Positions 7,614 through 16,630 of a stretch of 64,000 bases of DNA are shown one piece after another. The stretch is taken from the IMG/VR virus record IMGVR_UViG_3300027759_003844, positions 1-64,000 of that record; one strand, given 5' to 3'. The stretch's first letter is position 1. Each line of letters opens with the position of its first letter. Both the position numbers and the translations under genes were made by a program. This stretch comes from a virus. Its lineage: Duplodnaviria; Caudoviricetes. The notes below the pieces were generated by a model. The model was not told the origin of the DNA, ran no database searches, and was given only the letters and a program-made list of their open reading frames with translations.

Positions 7614-7831
7614 GCGTCTGTTTCAAAACTTACACGGCTGCAAACTTACACAGCTGTAAGCTAGCGCACGGGTGTAATGTTACACTTATGTAACATTACA
7701 CCCGAGTAATCTTACACCACGCCTTTATCTAATTGAGTATCTAAATCTAAATGCTATTTCCAATCTTTATGTTGATACTATTTCTATATTTAATCTTTAT
7801 GTTCACCTTTATCCCAACCTTATTTTTAGAC

Positions 7832-7868
7832 AAAAAAATAGGGCTAGGTTTTACCCTAACCCTATTAT
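7832..7868 (-). terminator. intrinsic terminator
   Basis: AATAGGGTTAGG...CCTAGCCCTATT plus T-run on the minus strand. Confidence 0.7.
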
Positions 7869-7888
7869 AATTCGTAAAGGTTATTTAA

Positions 7889-8212
7889 TTATTTCTTCAA
7901 TGAGAAACGAATTGCTGGAATTGTTTCTTTATGCCAACGGATTTCAATTTTGTAACCCAAACGGCTACCCAAACCACGAAGCATTGCTGAAGTCTTTGCT
8001 TTGTAATTTTTGATATCCTTTTCGTTCTTCAATTCCGAAGGAATTGTCAATTCCTTAAGAACGAGGAATTTCTTTGTTTGAATCGCATTGTTATCCTTGA
8101 TCAATTTCTGAACATTTTGGACAAACAATTCGCTAAGATTAGACTTTCGCCCTCTTTTAACAAATTCCATATCCTCTTCATTAATAATATCAATTTGCAT
8201 TTCTTGTGCCAT
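7889..8212 (-). CDS. small basic putative DNA-binding protein, family B copy 3
   Basis: INEEDMEFVKRGRKSNLS...LGYKIEIRW; AT-rich coding. Confidence 0.85.
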   Translation of the reverse strand: MAQEMQIDIINEEDMEFVKRGRKSNLSELFVQNVQKLIKDNNAIQTKKFLVLKELTIPSELKNEKDIKNYKAKTSAMLRGLGSRLGYKIEIRWHKETIPAIRFSLKK

Positions 8213-8391
8213 TGTTTTACCTTTTCCTTTGTTAGTTGTTTTATCCAATATTTTACTGATTTCATAATTCCTTTACGAATTACCCAACCAGCATATCAGC
8301 GCAATTCCTAACTTCCAACCTTGTCTAAAAGAAATAAAATAAAGTTATAATCCCTCACCTAATTCTTTAGCCAATGTTTTAGTCAATACTC

Positions 8392-8425
8392 CCATGTAAG
8401 ATTACAGTTGTGTAATCTTACATGG
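8392..8425. repeat. perfect 15-bp inverted repeat of the lattice motif
   Basis: CCATGTAAGATTACA-GTTG-TGTAATCTTACATGG. Confidence 0.85.
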
Positions 8426-8978
8426 AGTGCGTATAAAAAAAGAGGTAAAGGTTTATCTAATCTTTTAGATAAACCAATACCTTTATGGGGATGCTTTATA
8501 CAACTAAATTTCTGGGGTGAATCCTGATTGTAATTTGTACAGATAGCTTCATCTATACCCTTACCCAACACCCTTACCTAATATGCCCCCGAATTCTATT
8601 ACAAATAGCCTGACAGAATCTATGACGAATTTGGGTCTATATAGCCATACTAAATTTATGATAAATATGACCACTAGTTGTTAGATAGATACAACCACAT
8701 ATATTTTTGGGGATTCAATTATTAATGTCTTCAGAAACCTTTATAGAGAGAGTGTATAGGTCTAAGTATCCTATATAAAACATCAATCCTAGGGAATATT
8801 GCATTTATTGGTCTTTTTATTGATTTTTACACTGATTTATGCAATAAAACCCTTATAATATAAGCTTTTCATCGTATTTTATGTGATTTATACCAATCTG
8901 TATATTACAATCTAGACCTTTACTAGAGTACTTAACACATGATTGCGGCTATAAATTCCTAGTGTTTGGGGTGTATTC

Positions 8979-9218
8979 CTATCTGTTAGCGAACCACCAA
9001 TCATCTTCAATTTCTTCTTCTGTTCTTATCTTTCCTTTAGGTAGTTCATCTACCTTAGTCTCTATCTTTTTCAGAGTGTGCAACAGTCTCTTTTCTCTGA
9101 GATAAACCTCTATAAGTTCTATCATAGTAACAAGTAGATATACCCCGCAAAATATCATGAAGTACGAGGCAACCATTTTTAGAAACAAATCCGTAGTCAT
9201 ACCCTTATTCTTTCTCAA
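8979..9218 (-). CDS. membrane protein
   Basis: TM segment; last gene of the minus-strand block. Confidence 0.65.
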   Translation of the reverse strand: MRKNKGMTTDLFLKMVASYFMIFCGVYLLVTMIELIEVYLREKRLLHTLKKIETKVDELPKGKIRTEEEIEDDWWFANR

Positions 9219-9468
9219 TCGTGAAGTGAACTCTATGTCCTAATGGATACTTTTCTGTAGATATCATATGATCTACAACCTCATCCAAAGCTAGTTCTTT
9301 CTTGCATTCCCTACAGAATACCAATACCCTTTCCCCCGCTTTTACTTCAGACAAAGGGAAATGCCCATACTCTCTCCACTCCTGATCCATTTCCTCATCA
9401 GAAATACAATAGCCATAAGTAACCTTATTCTCACTGGCACTCATGCCCATATCCCATCTCATTCTCAT
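9205..9468 (-). CDS. hypothetical protein
   Basis: CxxC..H motif; packed ORF, start uncertain. Confidence 0.6.
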   Translation of the reverse strand: MRMRWDMGMSASENKVTYGYCISDEEMDQEWREYGHFPLSEVKAGERVLVFCRECKKELALDEVVDHMISTEKYPLGHRVHFTIEKE

Positions 9469-9616
9469 CTAATAACATCTCACACTCATCACAAACATCA
9501 TAATAAAGCGTACCTGTTTCTATATCCTGAAGAGCCTTAATTCCCGCAATTTTTATGCGAACCATATGCACTGCATCAGCCTTATATTTAACATTATTCA
9601 TAGATTTGGTCTCCAA
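9431..9616 (-). CDS. hypothetical protein
   Basis: CDEC...GHEC motif. Confidence 0.6.
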   Translation of the reverse strand: METKSMNNVKYKADAVHMVRIKIAGIKALQDIETGTLYYDVCDECEMLLDENEMGYGHECQ

Positions 9617-9858
9617 TCAATCGTTTCATGAACATGCCCATACTCCTCATACAGATCCCTTTTATACTCTTCAACCAATTGCCTAAGATTATCTAAAATG
9701 CCATAGATTTTGTCAAAGTCTGGATGAGTGCGAATACTATCCTTAAACCTGGTTCGCTCCAAATCCTCCATAAAACCTTTGATCAAACCAATACCACTTT
9801 GCATTTCCTCTAAAGTAAGATCCATATATTCTCCATGCTTATCAATAGCCATAACCAT
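9598..9858 (-). CDS. hypothetical protein
   Basis: packed ORF. Confidence 0.6.
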   Translation of the reverse strand: MVMAIDKHGEYMDLTLEEMQSGIGLIKGFMEDLERTRFKDSIRTHPDFDKIYGILDNLRQLVEEYKRDLYEEYGHVHETIDWRPNL

Positions 9859-9994
9859 TCCTAATCCTTATCCCAATGCCGATGAATGTGTCTTTTATTT
9901 TCTCCACCATGTTTGTAATTATCTACACTTTTCTTTGTATGCCAATGAAGTCCAATATACAAACCCAAACACAATGCTAGTACGATTTTCGCCA

Positions 9995-10228
9995 CTATCT
10001 AACTCCTCTCCTATAATTTTGTCTTGCCCAATATAATTCCATTGTTAATAAACAAAGCTCTTTAGAAGCCTCTTCCTCGGTAGAAAACGAACGAATAAGT
10101 TGATGCTTATTGAAAGCAAAATATATCCTTATTTCCCAATTCCCGCTTGACTTATACTGCCTATGCAATTCATAACAGTACTGGTCAGTTTCAAGCCAAC
10201 TCTTCGGGAAACCTAATTCCTTATTCAT
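9995..10228 (-). CDS. hypothetical protein
   Basis: ATGA overlap with the upstream gene. Confidence 0.65.
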   Translation of the reverse strand: MNKELGFPKSWLETDQYCYELHRQYKSSGNWEIRIYFAFNKHQLIRSFSTEEEASKELCLLTMELYWARQNYRRGVR

Positions 10229-10539
10229 ATGTCTCTCGCAGGCGCTTTTTCATAATTCTCCTTTTCTATAATGCGATAAAACCCATAAAGAGCAATTGTT
10301 CTTTGATGAGCAGCGCAGCATAAATCCTTATTGTACTTACTTCTAATTGTATTACATTCAGTAAAACAACAAACGCCAGTATCAATTTTATCAGAATCAA
10401 ACCCAATCTCTGCAAGATACCTTTCGGTTCTATCAACCTTTTGTCTTCTTCTTTTTACATTGTATTCATCACGCAATTCAGGGTTTATTGATCTTGCGAG
10501 TTTTCTTCTTTCATAAGCTTTTTTATTATAACCTGGCAT
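10225..10539 (-). CDS. zinc-finger protein
   Basis: C...C....S.YNK...C..H motif shared with 36731-37042. Confidence 0.7.
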   Translation of the reverse strand: MPGYNKKAYERRKLARSINPELRDEYNVKRRRQKVDRTERYLAEIGFDSDKIDTGVCCFTECNTIRSKYNKDLCCAAHQRTIALYGFYRIIEKENYEKAPARDI

Positions 10540-10601
10540 TAATCCCTTCCTAAATTAAAGTCAAATATATTATATATATATCATTGTTATCCTAATGATA
10601 A

Positions 10602-11150
10602 TTACTGCTCAACATTAGGATAGTTAGTTCCAAAATATCTTTCTTCTTTATACGATCTAATGATGTCATCAGCAACTGTATCAATAGCAATTTTATTCAA
10701 TTTGAAAGATCCTCCTTCAATAGTAAACAATTTGCTATTAGCAATAGACAATAATTTTTGCCAATCTTCAGGATTTTGACCATCATGAATTCTTTGTGCA
10801 AAAGCAAGCATAGCCATACTTTCTTCTGTTCTATTCCAATTAGGAGTTGATTCCAAAACAATCTTTTCTACATCACTATCGTAAACTGGTTTACCTTCAA
10901 TTTCAGGAACATAATGCTCTTCATTAATAAGCCAACCAACTGCACATCTTGTTGTTTCACCACTCTTCATATTTATGCTAATGTAGGCGCATTCGTCACT
11001 CTGAAATTGTTGGTCATCATCATCATAATAAATATCTGTAGATTTAGCATTCTGTTTTAAAAGACCTCTAGCAATATGATGAAATGCTTGTCTATCACTT
11101 GTTATTGATTCTAAACTCTTTTCAAATGCAATTAGTGTTTCTGTTTCCAT
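10602..11150 (-). CDS. hypothetical protein, paralog of 14487-14879
   Basis: CAVGWLI...QRIHD motif; GGAGG SD. Confidence 0.75.
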   Translation of the reverse strand: METETLIAFEKSLESITSDRQAFHHIARGLLKQNAKSTDIYYDDDDQQFQSDECAYISINMKSGETTRCAVGWLINEEHYVPEIEGKPVYDSDVEKIVLESTPNWNRTEESMAMLAFAQRIHDGQNPEDWQKLLSIANSKLFTIEGGSFKLNKIAIDTVADDIIRSYKEERYFGTNYPNVEQ

Positions 11151-11208
11151 ATTAAAAGCCCTCCATTTGGGTCTGTAATCGTTTGTAATCGTTTATAAAG
11201 GTTAAATG

Positions 11209-11439
11209 CTATGCAGTTACTTCATTTGGGAAAATATAATAAGCAGTCTCTAATTCCTTGTCCATTGCAAAGAAAGAACCTGGTCCATTACCTTCTTCAT
11301 CTTGTGATGGATAGATAATTGAACCATCATCTAATACCAAACAAATAGAGTTATGTGGACTATATTCCCAACCCTCTTTTTCAATTACTTTTTTGCTTAA
11401 AGATCTTACATCTACAATTTTTCTTCCGATTACTTCCAT
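11209..11439 (-). CDS. hypothetical protein
   Basis: LDDG..IYPSQDEEGNGPG motif; coupled start/stop. Confidence 0.7.
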   Translation of the reverse strand: MEVIGRKIVDVRSLSKKVIEKEGWEYSPHNSICLVLDDGSIIYPSQDEEGNGPGSFFAMDKELETAYYIFPNEVTA

Positions 11440-11633
11440 TATGCATTCTCCTTTAGTTGTTCTTTATATTCTAAATCTATCCATTTCCAGTATTTATTTA
11501 ATTCATAAGTAGTAGCTTCAGATGAATCTATGCCGTTAGATATAGTGTGCTGAAATTTCAAAAGAATGTCTGCATAATCATCATCACACCCAATTGCATC
11601 TTTAACCATACCTCTCCAATAAGGATTACTCAT
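11439..11633 (-). CDS. hypothetical protein
   Basis: coupled ORF. Confidence 0.65.
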   Translation of the reverse strand: MSNPYWRGMVKDAIGCDDDYADILLKFQHTISNGIDSSEATTYELNKYWKWIDLEYKEQLKENA

Positions 11634-12256
11634 GACACTACCGCTTCTTTTTTAATGTAATAAGGCTTATTACTAAAATCAGCCAAACCAATTTCTTCAT
11701 TCAAGATTCTGGTCAATACATCTACTGCTGTAAGGTAATCAATACTTTTAAAGTCAATGCATAGATCTTCTTCATCCCATTCACGACCCTCTTCTTCAGC
11801 GTCATCCATTGACTCATAATCTTCCATTACCAATTGAGAATATCTCTCTGGCTCATGCTTCATTAGCCATTTCCAGATACAATTGCTGTCACCAAAGTAA
11901 ATGTTTCTACCCTCTTCATGTGTGAACCCCAAGAATTTGTTTGAATCAAATTCAAAGTTGTTAACCTGATTTGAATGATTATCTATTGATAACCACTTGG
12001 GCGCTTTCCAATCATTAGCAATTGCCGCAGCAAATCCTGCAATACAACCCATTGAAGTACAATTAAAAATATCTGTACCTTCTTCAACAAGATTAACTCT
12101 TGTTGCAGAATATTCACTAGCTGAATCCGTACCATTGAATACTCTTTCTTCATAATGATGTGCATCAAGTTTCCCAAGAAAAACATTCATATTGAACTTT
12201 TTTCTACCGTCAAACTTAATTGCGTCAATTACTCTTTGCAGATTTTCCTTATTCAT
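11630..12256 (-). CDS. hypothetical protein
   Basis: AAGGAG SD; CTSMGCIAGFA motif. Confidence 0.75.
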   Translation of the reverse strand: MNKENLQRVIDAIKFDGRKKFNMNVFLGKLDAHHYEERVFNGTDSASEYSATRVNLVEEGTDIFNCTSMGCIAGFAAAIANDWKAPKWLSIDNHSNQVNNFEFDSNKFLGFTHEEGRNIYFGDSNCIWKWLMKHEPERYSQLVMEDYESMDDAEEEGREWDEEDLCIDFKSIDYLTAVDVLTRILNEEIGLADFSNKPYYIKKEAVVS

Positions 12257-12395
12257 TTTAGCTCCTTGTAATTTCCGTTTGTTGTTTCTTTTAGGTTTGT
12301 ATAAATAATAACTTGACCTTCATTATCTTCATCAAAAGAACAATTAGGTAAAAGCTTTTCTATCTTTGACCGTAATTGATCTCCGTTTACTTTAC

Positions 12396-12635
12396 TCATT
12401 CTGTCCATCCATCATATTCAGATATAGTTTCTACAATTATGTCGTATATTAATCCCTGGTAGTGTTCAGTCATATCATCAAACTCTAATACAACCTTATT
12501 CCAGGCTTCTTCTTTTATTCTATTATCTTCGGGAGAGTCTTCAAATAACTCTTTACTCCACCAAGCAATACAAATTTCTTCATCCTGATCATTATAATCA
12601 GTGAGCATTTTAATTGCTTCTTTTACTGTTGTCAT
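12396..12635 (-). CDS. acidic hypothetical protein
   Basis: coupled ORF. Confidence 0.65.
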   Translation of the reverse strand: MTTVKEAIKMLTDYNDQDEEICIAWWSKELFEDSPEDNRIKEEAWNKVVLEFDDMTEHYQGLIYDIIVETISEYDGWTE

Positions 12636-12973
12636 ACTTGTTCCAATTTGAACGCATTGCTTTCACGCAATTGATCAAGAACTTTAACCCAATTATGGTT
12701 GTTATTGCGTACAAGATCTTCAAAGTCTTTTTCAAGTTTTTCTCCTAGTCCTAGTATTGTAAGTTCCTTGATGAATTCAAAGAACTCAGGTTTTTTTGTT
12801 TCAAAGTGAGAAATTTTACCTGTAACTGGATTTCTTACATAGATAAATTCCTCACCTCTACATGGAATCAATAGGCTATATGCACTATTAACTGTTGCCT
12901 GAATCAAAAGCTGAGCTTCTGTCTTAGCGTCTTTCTTAGCCTCAAATTTCTTAGGTACTTTACGAGTTGCCAT
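12632..12973 (-). CDS. hypothetical protein
   Basis: packed ORF. Confidence 0.7.
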   Translation of the reverse strand: MATRKVPKKFEAKKDAKTEAQLLIQATVNSAYSLLIPCRGEEFIYVRNPVTGKISHFETKKPEFFEFIKELTILGLGEKLEKDFEDLVRNNNHNWVKVLDQLRESNAFKLEQV

Positions 12974-12988
12974 ATATACTGCTTTCTG

Positions 12989-13195
12989 TTAGTCGGATTG
13001 TAATTCTACTTCTATACTTTGAACAAGGCTAGTTAATTCTTTTTCCTGCTTCTTTGTCAATTCAGGATAGTAAGAATCAAATAATTGTTCAAGCGCTTCA
13101 TTTTCTAAATCCTCTTCGTTTGTCGCACTTGACACCCAAGGATTTACATAGATTACACTGTAATCAAATACTATCTGTGCTGAATACATTGCCAT
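12989..13195 (-). CDS. hypothetical protein
   Basis: GGAGGAG SD. Confidence 0.65.
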   Translation of the reverse strand: MAMYSAQIVFDYSVIYVNPWVSSATNEEDLENEALEQLFDSYYPELTKKQEKELTSLVQSIEVELQSD

Positions 13196-13325
13196 TATTT
13201 AGACTCCTCCTTCTTTTTAAATTCTATATATGATTGAGTTCTATAATTAAAAAACTTCATATCTCCACACTTTTTACACTTATAATAACCTGGAGCTTGT
13301 GAACATTTCCATATATGTTTGTGAC

Positions 13326-13568
13326 TCATTTTCTGCTCCCATGCATTATTGCGTATGTTGTGCTTAATTGTGCATGAATCAATGCTTCAGTCAATGCTGG
13401 ATCTGTAATCGTTGGAATACATTTAGGATCAAACACAACTTGAGCCATAAGTTCTTTCGCATGATTAGCGTGAATAGTAGACAAATCTCTATATTCATGG
13501 TCTAATTCTAGTTTTCTTTCCCAAGAAATATTTACTTCATTATAACTAAACCTCTGTCTTTTTGTCAT
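13326..13568 (-). CDS. hypothetical protein
   Basis: packed ORF. Confidence 0.6.
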   Translation of the reverse strand: MTKRQRFSYNEVNISWERKLELDHEYRDLSTIHANHAKELMAQVVFDPKCIPTITDPALTEALIHAQLSTTYAIMHGSRK

Positions 13569-13809
13569 TATTAATACTCAATCTTTCTTGTAGTAGTTGT
13601 AACATTCTTGTATCTGTTGCCATGATCTTATCATTATCTAATTTCACCCATTCACCAGTACCCATATTGAAAACTGGGGTTGGATAAAACACTTCAACAT
13701 TTTCCATGTCTAAATCAAAATTAATTTTGTCATCTTTATCAAGCCATGCTTTTACAATAAAATGATGTTCTTTTCTATGGATATCTTCATGTTTAATGCT
13801 TCTCATCAT
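13546..13809 (-). CDS. hypothetical protein
   Basis: packed ORF. Confidence 0.6.
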   Translation of the reverse strand: MMRSIKHEDIHRKEHHFIVKAWLDKDDKINFDLDMENVEVFYPTPVFNMGTGEWVKLDNDKIMATDTRMLQLLQERLSINNDKKTEV

Positions 13810-14200
13810 TACTCAACCCCTGTTCTTTAAGGTATGTTTTAGCACTTTCAATTGATTCCCAGATATCATATCCAACTATATCTAAATGATCACCATTGCT
13901 ATCATAGATATCAAACCAAGGATTCATAATTATTCTTGAACCATTTTCTTCATCATAAATAGCATTTAATTCAGCATCAGTAGTGACACCCATATCTACT
14001 AATTGATTGCAATCATATATGCTTTCATCTTGAAAGATAATACGCATATCCCCATCACAATAAATAGTTACATAATCACCACCATTTAGACTTACATGAC
14101 ATATTGCGTTAGATGTAACTCCAGCACAAAAGAATTCTGGAGATGTTTGTTGTTCATTAAAGTTAAAACCATTCAGTAACTCAATCCCTGTTACATTCAT
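13793..14200 (-). CDS. acidic hypothetical protein
   Basis: coupled ORF; NPWFD motif. Confidence 0.7.
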   Translation of the reverse strand: MNVTGIELLNGFNFNEQQTSPEFFCAGVTSNAICHVSLNGGDYVTIYCDGDMRIIFQDESIYDCNQLVDMGVTTDAELNAIYDEENGSRIIMNPWFDIYDSNGDHLDIVGYDIWESIESAKTYLKEQGLSNDEKH

Positions 14201-14484
14201 AATTTACTCAACTTTTCAACAGCATTATTAAATCTAGTAACATATGCATTAACAGCAAGTCTTTCCTCAATGTTTAGCCTTTCCACTGTGTTATTCAATT
14301 TAACTATTAATTCTTCGGCTTCAGGTAAATAGATTCCATCACCGCTATATTCATTTATATAGCTTTGAGATTCTGGATCATAAACTGTACTGCAATTCAT
14401 AAGATCAGCCTCAGCATCAACATTATGAAACCATGTATTATCTTCAGTATCATAACCTATGATGTAATTGTATATTAATGTCAT
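14197..14484 (-). CDS. hypothetical protein
   Basis: packed ORF. Confidence 0.65.
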   Translation of the reverse strand: MTLIYNYIIGYDTEDNTWFHNVDAEADLMNCSTVYDPESQSYINEYSGDGIYLPEAEELIVKLNNTVERLNIEERLAVNAYVTRFNNAVEKLSKL

Positions 14485-14486
14485 GA

Positions 14487-14879
14487 TTAACCTGCCTGTA
14501 TATATTCGTTGTTTTCGTTAAAATAACTTTCAAGAGATTCTAATTTTACAGACCATTCATCAGCTTCATATTCATCGTGAATATTTTGCAATTCACTTAG
14601 CAAACTTACATTATATTCCCAATCTGAAAAGATTGAATTCTCAACAGCTTTTTTAACATCTGAGTCGTATGGTGAAGAGTTTTCTAATTTTTCTGAATAG
14701 AAATTATCATCTATTAGACAACCAACAGCACACATCAATGTTTTACCGCTTTCATTTTGCGCACGATAAAAGCATGATAATGTATGAGGATCTAATGATC
14801 TTTCTTGTTGATTTAAAAGATGTTGTTTAACATAGTTAAATACATCATAATCAGTGTTTAAGATTGTACTTACCATCAT
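14487..14879 (-). CDS. hypothetical protein, paralog of 10602-11150
   Basis: VFNYVKQHLLNQ...CFYR...CAVGCLI...QNIHD. Confidence 0.75.
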   Translation of the reverse strand: MMVSTILNTDYDVFNYVKQHLLNQQERSLDPHTLSCFYRAQNESGKTLMCAVGCLIDDNFYSEKLENSSPYDSDVKKAVENSIFSDWEYNVSLLSELQNIHDEYEADEWSVKLESLESYFNENNEYIQAG

Positions 14880-15190
14880 TTAACCTTTCCATACTTAATT
14901 TTATTGACAATATCATTAGCCCATCTCTCAACATCTTGATGAGCAGTTTCACCAAGAAATGCATCTTCCCAATAATTACCTGTTAGCTTGTCAATAATTT
15001 CAACTCTTTGATATCCACCACTAAGGGCTTTAGTTTTACCTGCTCCGTAAGAATATTCTGCATCTGCTTCAAAATAAACAACTTCAATGTACCATTTATC
15101 AAAAGCACTATTCTCTCGGTATTCAATAACATTTGTTTCATACCAATCTGATACTCTTGGATACATATTTGCTTGTCCTTGTTTAATCAT
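14876..15190 (-). CDS. hypothetical protein
   Basis: coupled ORF. Confidence 0.65.
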   Translation of the reverse strand: MIKQGQANMYPRVSDWYETNVIEYRENSAFDKWYIEVVYFEADAEYSYGAGKTKALSGGYQRVEIIDKLTGNYWEDAFLGETAHQDVERWANDIVNKIKYGKVK

Positions 15191-15636
15191 TGGAATACCT
15201 CTCTCTCAAACTTTTCTTCAAGTTTCTTCAAACGAGCAATCATTTGTGTTGTTGTAAGATCAACAGATTGATTACGCTTTACATTCTTAGTCCATTGACT
15301 TCTTGTAACAGTAGAATGATTTGTTGACAAACCAATATACTTAGCCAATTCCTTTGCCTCCAAAGGAACATCTACCCATTCCTTTCTATCTTCATCATAC
15401 TTAGATGTAAGGTATGTCTTATACATTTCTTCACACAATTTCAATCTTGCATACCATTCACCAACATTTTTAAATGTAATTGAACTAAGAGCAACCATAC
15501 CCCCAGAAAAAATCAAACCTTTCAGAAAAGGCTTTACATCTGTATATGTGCTACCGAATTGTGTATATTCTTGGTAAGCTTCATCATAATTATCTTTGTA
15601 CATTGCAATTTTTGTAATATCATAGTTTAATGTCAT
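15187..15636 (-). CDS. hypothetical protein
   Basis: GAGG SD; YIGLSTN motif. Confidence 0.7.
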   Translation of the reverse strand: MTLNYDITKIAMYKDNYDEAYQEYTQFGSTYTDVKPFLKGLIFSGGMVALSSITFKNVGEWYARLKLCEEMYKTYLTSKYDEDRKEWVDVPLEAKELAKYIGLSTNHSTVTRSQWTKNVKRNQSVDLTTTQMIARLKKLEEKFEREVFQ

Positions 15637-15769
15637 GTTTTACTTTTCCTCTTCTCTAGGTTCACTCCACCATAGATCACATAATCTACAGTTATAATGT
15701 AATAAATCACCCAATATTCCAATTGGAAGTTGTTCAAATTCGCATTGTGGACATAATGATTCTTGAAAT

Positions 15770-16024
15770 TCAGACTCCATTAAACTCCTCAGATGCTAAA
15801 GATAAAATAGCATTTATATCAATTGTTTTCATAAACCCAATCTCGTCAAATTGACCAGAGTTAGGCAATTTCTTACTAGAGGCATTTGCAATAACATTTG
15901 CAGCATCTCTAGCTTGTTCTAATGTTGCACTAAAGGAACTAATTCCAACCACTTTTGATTCATTATAAAATAACAAACCATATTCATTTGTGTCACTATT
16001 TGTATTCATTTGCCTCCTGCGCAA
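15770..16024 (-). CDS. hypothetical protein
   Basis: GGAGG SD suggests the true start is near 16009. Confidence 0.6.
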   Translation of the reverse strand: MRRRQMNTNSDTNEYGLLFYNESKVVGISSFSATLEQARDAANVIANASSKKLPNSGQFDEIGFMKTIDINAILSLASEEFNGV

Positions 16025-16382
16025 TTAGTTTTCTTCCAGTTACATATTCTTGAAAATCTTCAAACTCTTTTATTTGTTCTTCTGTTAATCCTGCTGAATC
16101 TCCTTCCTCATCTGTGCTTAAATAAATTACATCTCCTGAGATATAGTCATCTACATTCTCACCATATTGATCAAAGTAATTGCTAGCCCAAAAATAAGTA
16201 GCAAGTTGATTTAATTCTTTGTTAAACTTGCCCTCTTCATTAACATAGAAGCCAGTATTATTCTTGATCGTAATCCACTCTATATATCCTCCTACAATTC
16301 CTTGTAGAATATCAAGACTAGGTTTTTGATTCATTTCTACAATTTTATATTCACTTTTTTGATTAATGATAATAACTTTCAT
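15996..16382 (-). CDS. DUF3846-like protein
   Basis: LQ.IVGGYIE...VNEEGK...N..AT...DYI.GDV pattern. Confidence 0.7.
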   Translation of the reverse strand: MKVIIINQKSEYKIVEMNQKPSLDILQGIVGGYIEWITIKNNTGFYVNEEGKFNKELNQLATYFWASNYFDQYGENVDDYISGDVIYLSTDEEGDSAGLTEEQIKEFEDFQEYVTGRKLIAQEANEYK

Positions 16383-16550
16383 CTTTATGATGCTCCTTTA
16401 TTTGTTCTAATATATACAAAAAGAGTTAGGCAAGAAACATTAGCAAAGAACAATGATACTCTCCGCTTGTAACATTTTCTATATGTTCCCACTAATAGAC
16501 AAATGCATATTTCTCTTAGACCGAAAGGTTGGTCTTAGCCTAACTCTTAG

Positions 16551-16624
16551 CGTATCCGATAGGAATTGAACCTATAACCTACAGATTAGAAGTCTGTTGC
16601 TCTATCCAATTGAGCTACGGATAC
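16551..16624 (-). tRNA. tRNA-Arg(TCT)
   Basis: GTATCCG acceptor stem, TAGCTCAATTGGATAGAGC D-arm, ACAGA-CTTCTAA-TCTGT anticodon arm, GGTTCAATTCC T-arm; no encoded CCA. Confidence 0.95.
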
Positions 16625-16630
16625 ATTAAC

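Larger units (their letters stand above)
4285..7720. repeat. dispersed array of AAACTTACAC/GTGTAAGTTT half-sites (TTAC-N6-GTAA palindromes)
   Basis: about 70 TTACA/TGTAA occurrences by manual count, concentrated in intergenic spacers (4285-4545, 5170-5425, 6010-6400, 6865-7130, 7560-7720). Confidence 0.9.

Noticed and set aside
6599-7626. Antisense ORFs 6599-6967 and 7054-7626 that resemble each other
   Set aside because: Mirror frames of the real plus-strand family B paralogs
4285-7720. CRISPR array or mini-array
   Set aside because: Repeats are 5-10-bp half-sites in both orientations with irregular spacing, not 25-45-bp direct repeats with unique spacers
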